A stretch of 40,876 nucleotides of DNA from a virus, in IMG/VR virus record IMGVR_UViG_3300037483_001478, positions 135,989 to 176,864 of that record. One strand, given 5' to 3'. Made by a program: the position numbers and the translations under genes. How positions within the stretch are numbered: the stretch's first letter is position 1; every line of letters begins with the position of its first letter. Below the pieces are notes generated by a model, which worked only from the letters and a program-made list of their open reading frames with translations, made no database searches and had not been told where the DNA came from. Of the stretch, positions 38,957 to 40,876 are shown piece by piece.

Positions 38957-39511
38957 CGAGACCAGAGCCCGTATGGCTCGGCTTGAAACGGTTAGCCAAA
39001 AGGGGAGGGCCGACGCCGTCAGGTATGGCTTGGCCTGGTATGTCTACAGGTAAGGTCCGGTGAGGTATGTCTCTAGGACTGGGCCGGCGTAGTGGGGCAT
39101 GTCGGAAAGGCGGGACAGGTAAGGTGTGCCTACCGCCTAATGGCCATGGCCATTAGGCGGTAGAGCGGGCTTGCCAGAAGGCTAGATGCGGATCGCCCTG
39201 GTGAGGCGCGTCTGGGGGCAAGAGATAGTGCGGTATGTCCGCAGGAAGCGGACGGGGCAGGCTAGGTATGTCCGCGAGGCCTGGTTGAGCCTGAGTAGTC
39301 TTGCGGAATGGTTCAGCTCGGCCGAGCTTGTCAGCGAGGCCTAGTTGGGCCTGGTGTGTCTTGCTGAATGGTTTGGCGTGTGGGCTCGGCAGAGGGCATG
39401 AAGAGGGACGGGTTGTCGCGTGGCCTGGCTCATACTGGATTGGCGTGTCAATGGCCATGGCCATTGACAGGAACGGTCGGGTGCGGCATGGGTTGGCCTG
39501 GCCCGCCTTGT
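38957..39511. ncRNA. RAMP-adjacent pentamer (GGY-NN / GTC) array; candidate guide-RNA locus
   Basis: 5-nt periodic GGY-NN grouped by GTC, abutting the RAMP stop codon and split by palindromes; expression as RNA is inferred. Confidence 0.7.
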
Positions 39512-40213
39512 CTACTTGGCTTCGGGCTTAGGCATCTTCTCAATGAATATCTCGGCGACCTTGCCTTTTCCTTGGGAACGGTCCGCTCCCAGCCCCAAGT
39601 TGCGGCAGTAGTCTAGAATGGCAAAGAGCGACACCTCCGGCACTGCCGTATCGCAGAACCGGCGCACAGTGAAGTCAATCGTCACGTCCTTGACGATGTC
39701 AGAGCGCTTCACCGATGTGCGCGGTCCTTGAGCGGTCATCACGTGGATGGGCCGCTCTTCCTGCAGGTCAGGCTTTTCTCGCCCTAGGTAAATCTTGTCT
39801 TCCACCACGAAAACGTGATCCGCCACTTTACTCTTCAGAGCAGCAATGCCCTTTCCGCTCTTCTCGATGTTCTTCGGTACAGGGACCTCTTTCTTGACGA
39901 TGTTGGCAGACTCCTTGAGCATCGCCTTCACTTGCCGGCCTTCGATGTAGAGCCCCTTGTCGTCTTGCTTGAAGCCTACCCAAGACTTGTCCTCCTTTTC
40001 GGAGGAGAGGTCAGGGAGCTCCGTGATCGAGGCCTCGATGAGTTTCTGGCGGTCCTCGTCAGACTTCTCTTTGTTGGTGGCATTGATCCAGCCCTTCAGG
40101 AGGTCTTTGTGCTTTGGTACCCCGCCCACCAGCTCAGGGATCACCATGCGCACGTGATACTCGTCAAAGGGGCTCCACTGGAAAATCTCACTAAGAGGCT
40201 TCATGCTTGTCAT
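39512..40213 (-). CDS. Stand-alone Cas7/Csm3-like RAMP protein
   Basis: LYIEGRQVKAMLKESA (compare RAMP PxIPGSSxKGxxR) and C-terminal G-rich loop LGLGADRSQGKG; ATG 40213 with GGAG RBS. Confidence 0.8.
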   Translation of the reverse strand: MTSMKPLSEIFQWSPFDEYHVRMVIPELVGGVPKHKDLLKGWINATNKEKSDEDRQKLIEASITELPDLSSEKEDKSWVGFKQDDKGLYIEGRQVKAMLKESANIVKKEVPVPKNIEKSGKGIAALKSKVADHVFVVEDKIYLGREKPDLQEERPIHVMTAQGPRTSVKRSDIVKDVTIDFTVRRFCDTAVPEVSLFAILDYCRNLGLGADRSQGKGKVAEIFIEKMPKPEAK

Positions 40214-40771
40214 TCTAACGGTCTCCGCAGGGGTAATGGCCATGGCCATTACAGGTTAAGGATTGTCACAGAGTCCTTCTACCAGATCCTCAGTGTAATT
40301 TTCAGAGCCGATGATTTGATCGCAAGCTTTTGCTTGCAGGTAATGGCCATGGCCATTGATTTTCAGGAGGAGAGGGCTGCGCCCAAATCAATGGCCATGG
40401 CCATTACAAAATTCTTGCACGAAATTTTGATCATGTTTTTTGAAGGGTCTCTCTATTCGCTTGCAGGTATTTTAGGGACTAGGGTCTCCCCAGTATTTTT
40501 GAAGTCGTTTTGGTAGGTGCTCTTGTTGGTAGGTGTGCTAGCACACCTACCAAACAATTGACCCTCCTGTCAATGGCCATGGCCATTGTTTGGTATATCT
40601 CCTAATAGTGATGTTGGCATGATTCTTCCATTTTTGACATATTTATACACATTATATGCACAAACACGTCTGTAGCCGACAGGCTACCTATGGTCCTAAA
40701 AATGACGCAGGGTAAAATAGAGGAGCCTTCAAAAAACACGTTCAAAATTCTTGCACGAAATTTTGAACCCA

Positions 40772-40876
40772 GAACGTCAATGGCCATGGCCATTGAAACG
40801 CCCACCGAACGTCAATGGCCATGGCCATTGAAACGCCCACCGAACGTCAATGGCCATGGCCATTGAAACGCCCACC
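40772..40876 (+). repeat. Perfect 35-bp tandem repeat x3, reaching the window end
   Basis: GAACGTCAATGGCCATGGCCATTGAAACGCCCACC. Confidence 0.95.

Larger units (their letters stand above)
38921..40876. repeat. Ten copies of the 16-bp palindrome AATGGCCATGGCCATT
   Basis: Cores start at 38931, 39139, 39450, 40235, 40342, 40390, 40572, 40779, 40814, 40849. Confidence 0.95.

Noticed and set aside
39153-39464. ORF MAMAIDTPIQ..., plus 39301-39531, 39368-39616 and 38878-39063
   Set aside because: These are translations of the pentamer array and palindromes (ATGGCCATGGCC gives MAMAI); low-complexity sequence with no RBS.
40214-40249. Longer RAMP start at 40249 (MAMAITPAETVR)
   Set aside because: That ATG lies inside the palindrome; ATG 40213 has a GGAG RBS.
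39815-40516. 233-aa plus-strand ORF
   Set aside because: Antisense shadow of the RAMP gene, extending into the repeat region.
40772-40876. 35-bp repeats ending in ATTGAAAC-like sequence as a CRISPR array
   Set aside because: The units are identical head-to-tail with no unique spacers, and the other palindrome copies are irregularly spaced (48 to 785 bp). Sequence beyond the window could change this.

Overview
Phage-like DNA, probably from a large or jumbo phage. A Myxococcota/deltaproteobacterial host is a weak inference from one lipoprotein motif. The window is packed with short, mostly minus-strand hypothetical genes, punctuated by a repeated promoter-like motif (AAAT-N14-15-GGNATAAG) and hairpin+TTTAGC terminators. 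Recognisable genes and elements: a TnpB-only IS200/IS605 element, tRNA-Tyr(GTA), YkgJ-type Cys-cluster proteins, an HD (RelA/SpoT-like) hydrolase, WYL, XRE-HTH, MazG-like, DenV-like glycosylase, thymidylate kinase, a frameshifted P-loop kinase and two perfect parS sites. The most interesting feature is a lone Cas7/Csm3-like RAMP gene (39512-40213, -) with no other cas gene or spacer-bearing CRISPR in the window. It is followed immediately by a non-coding array with strong 5-nt periodicity (GGY-NN on +, NN-RCC on the gene strand), grouped into ~26-32 nt units closed by GTC and cut by perfect AATGGCCATGGCCATT palindromes. Three orphan arrays with the same grammar occur at ~26.6, 29.6 and 35.0 kb. 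This is a candidate non-CRISPR RNA-guided system. All family calls come from motif recognition by eye; no searches were run.
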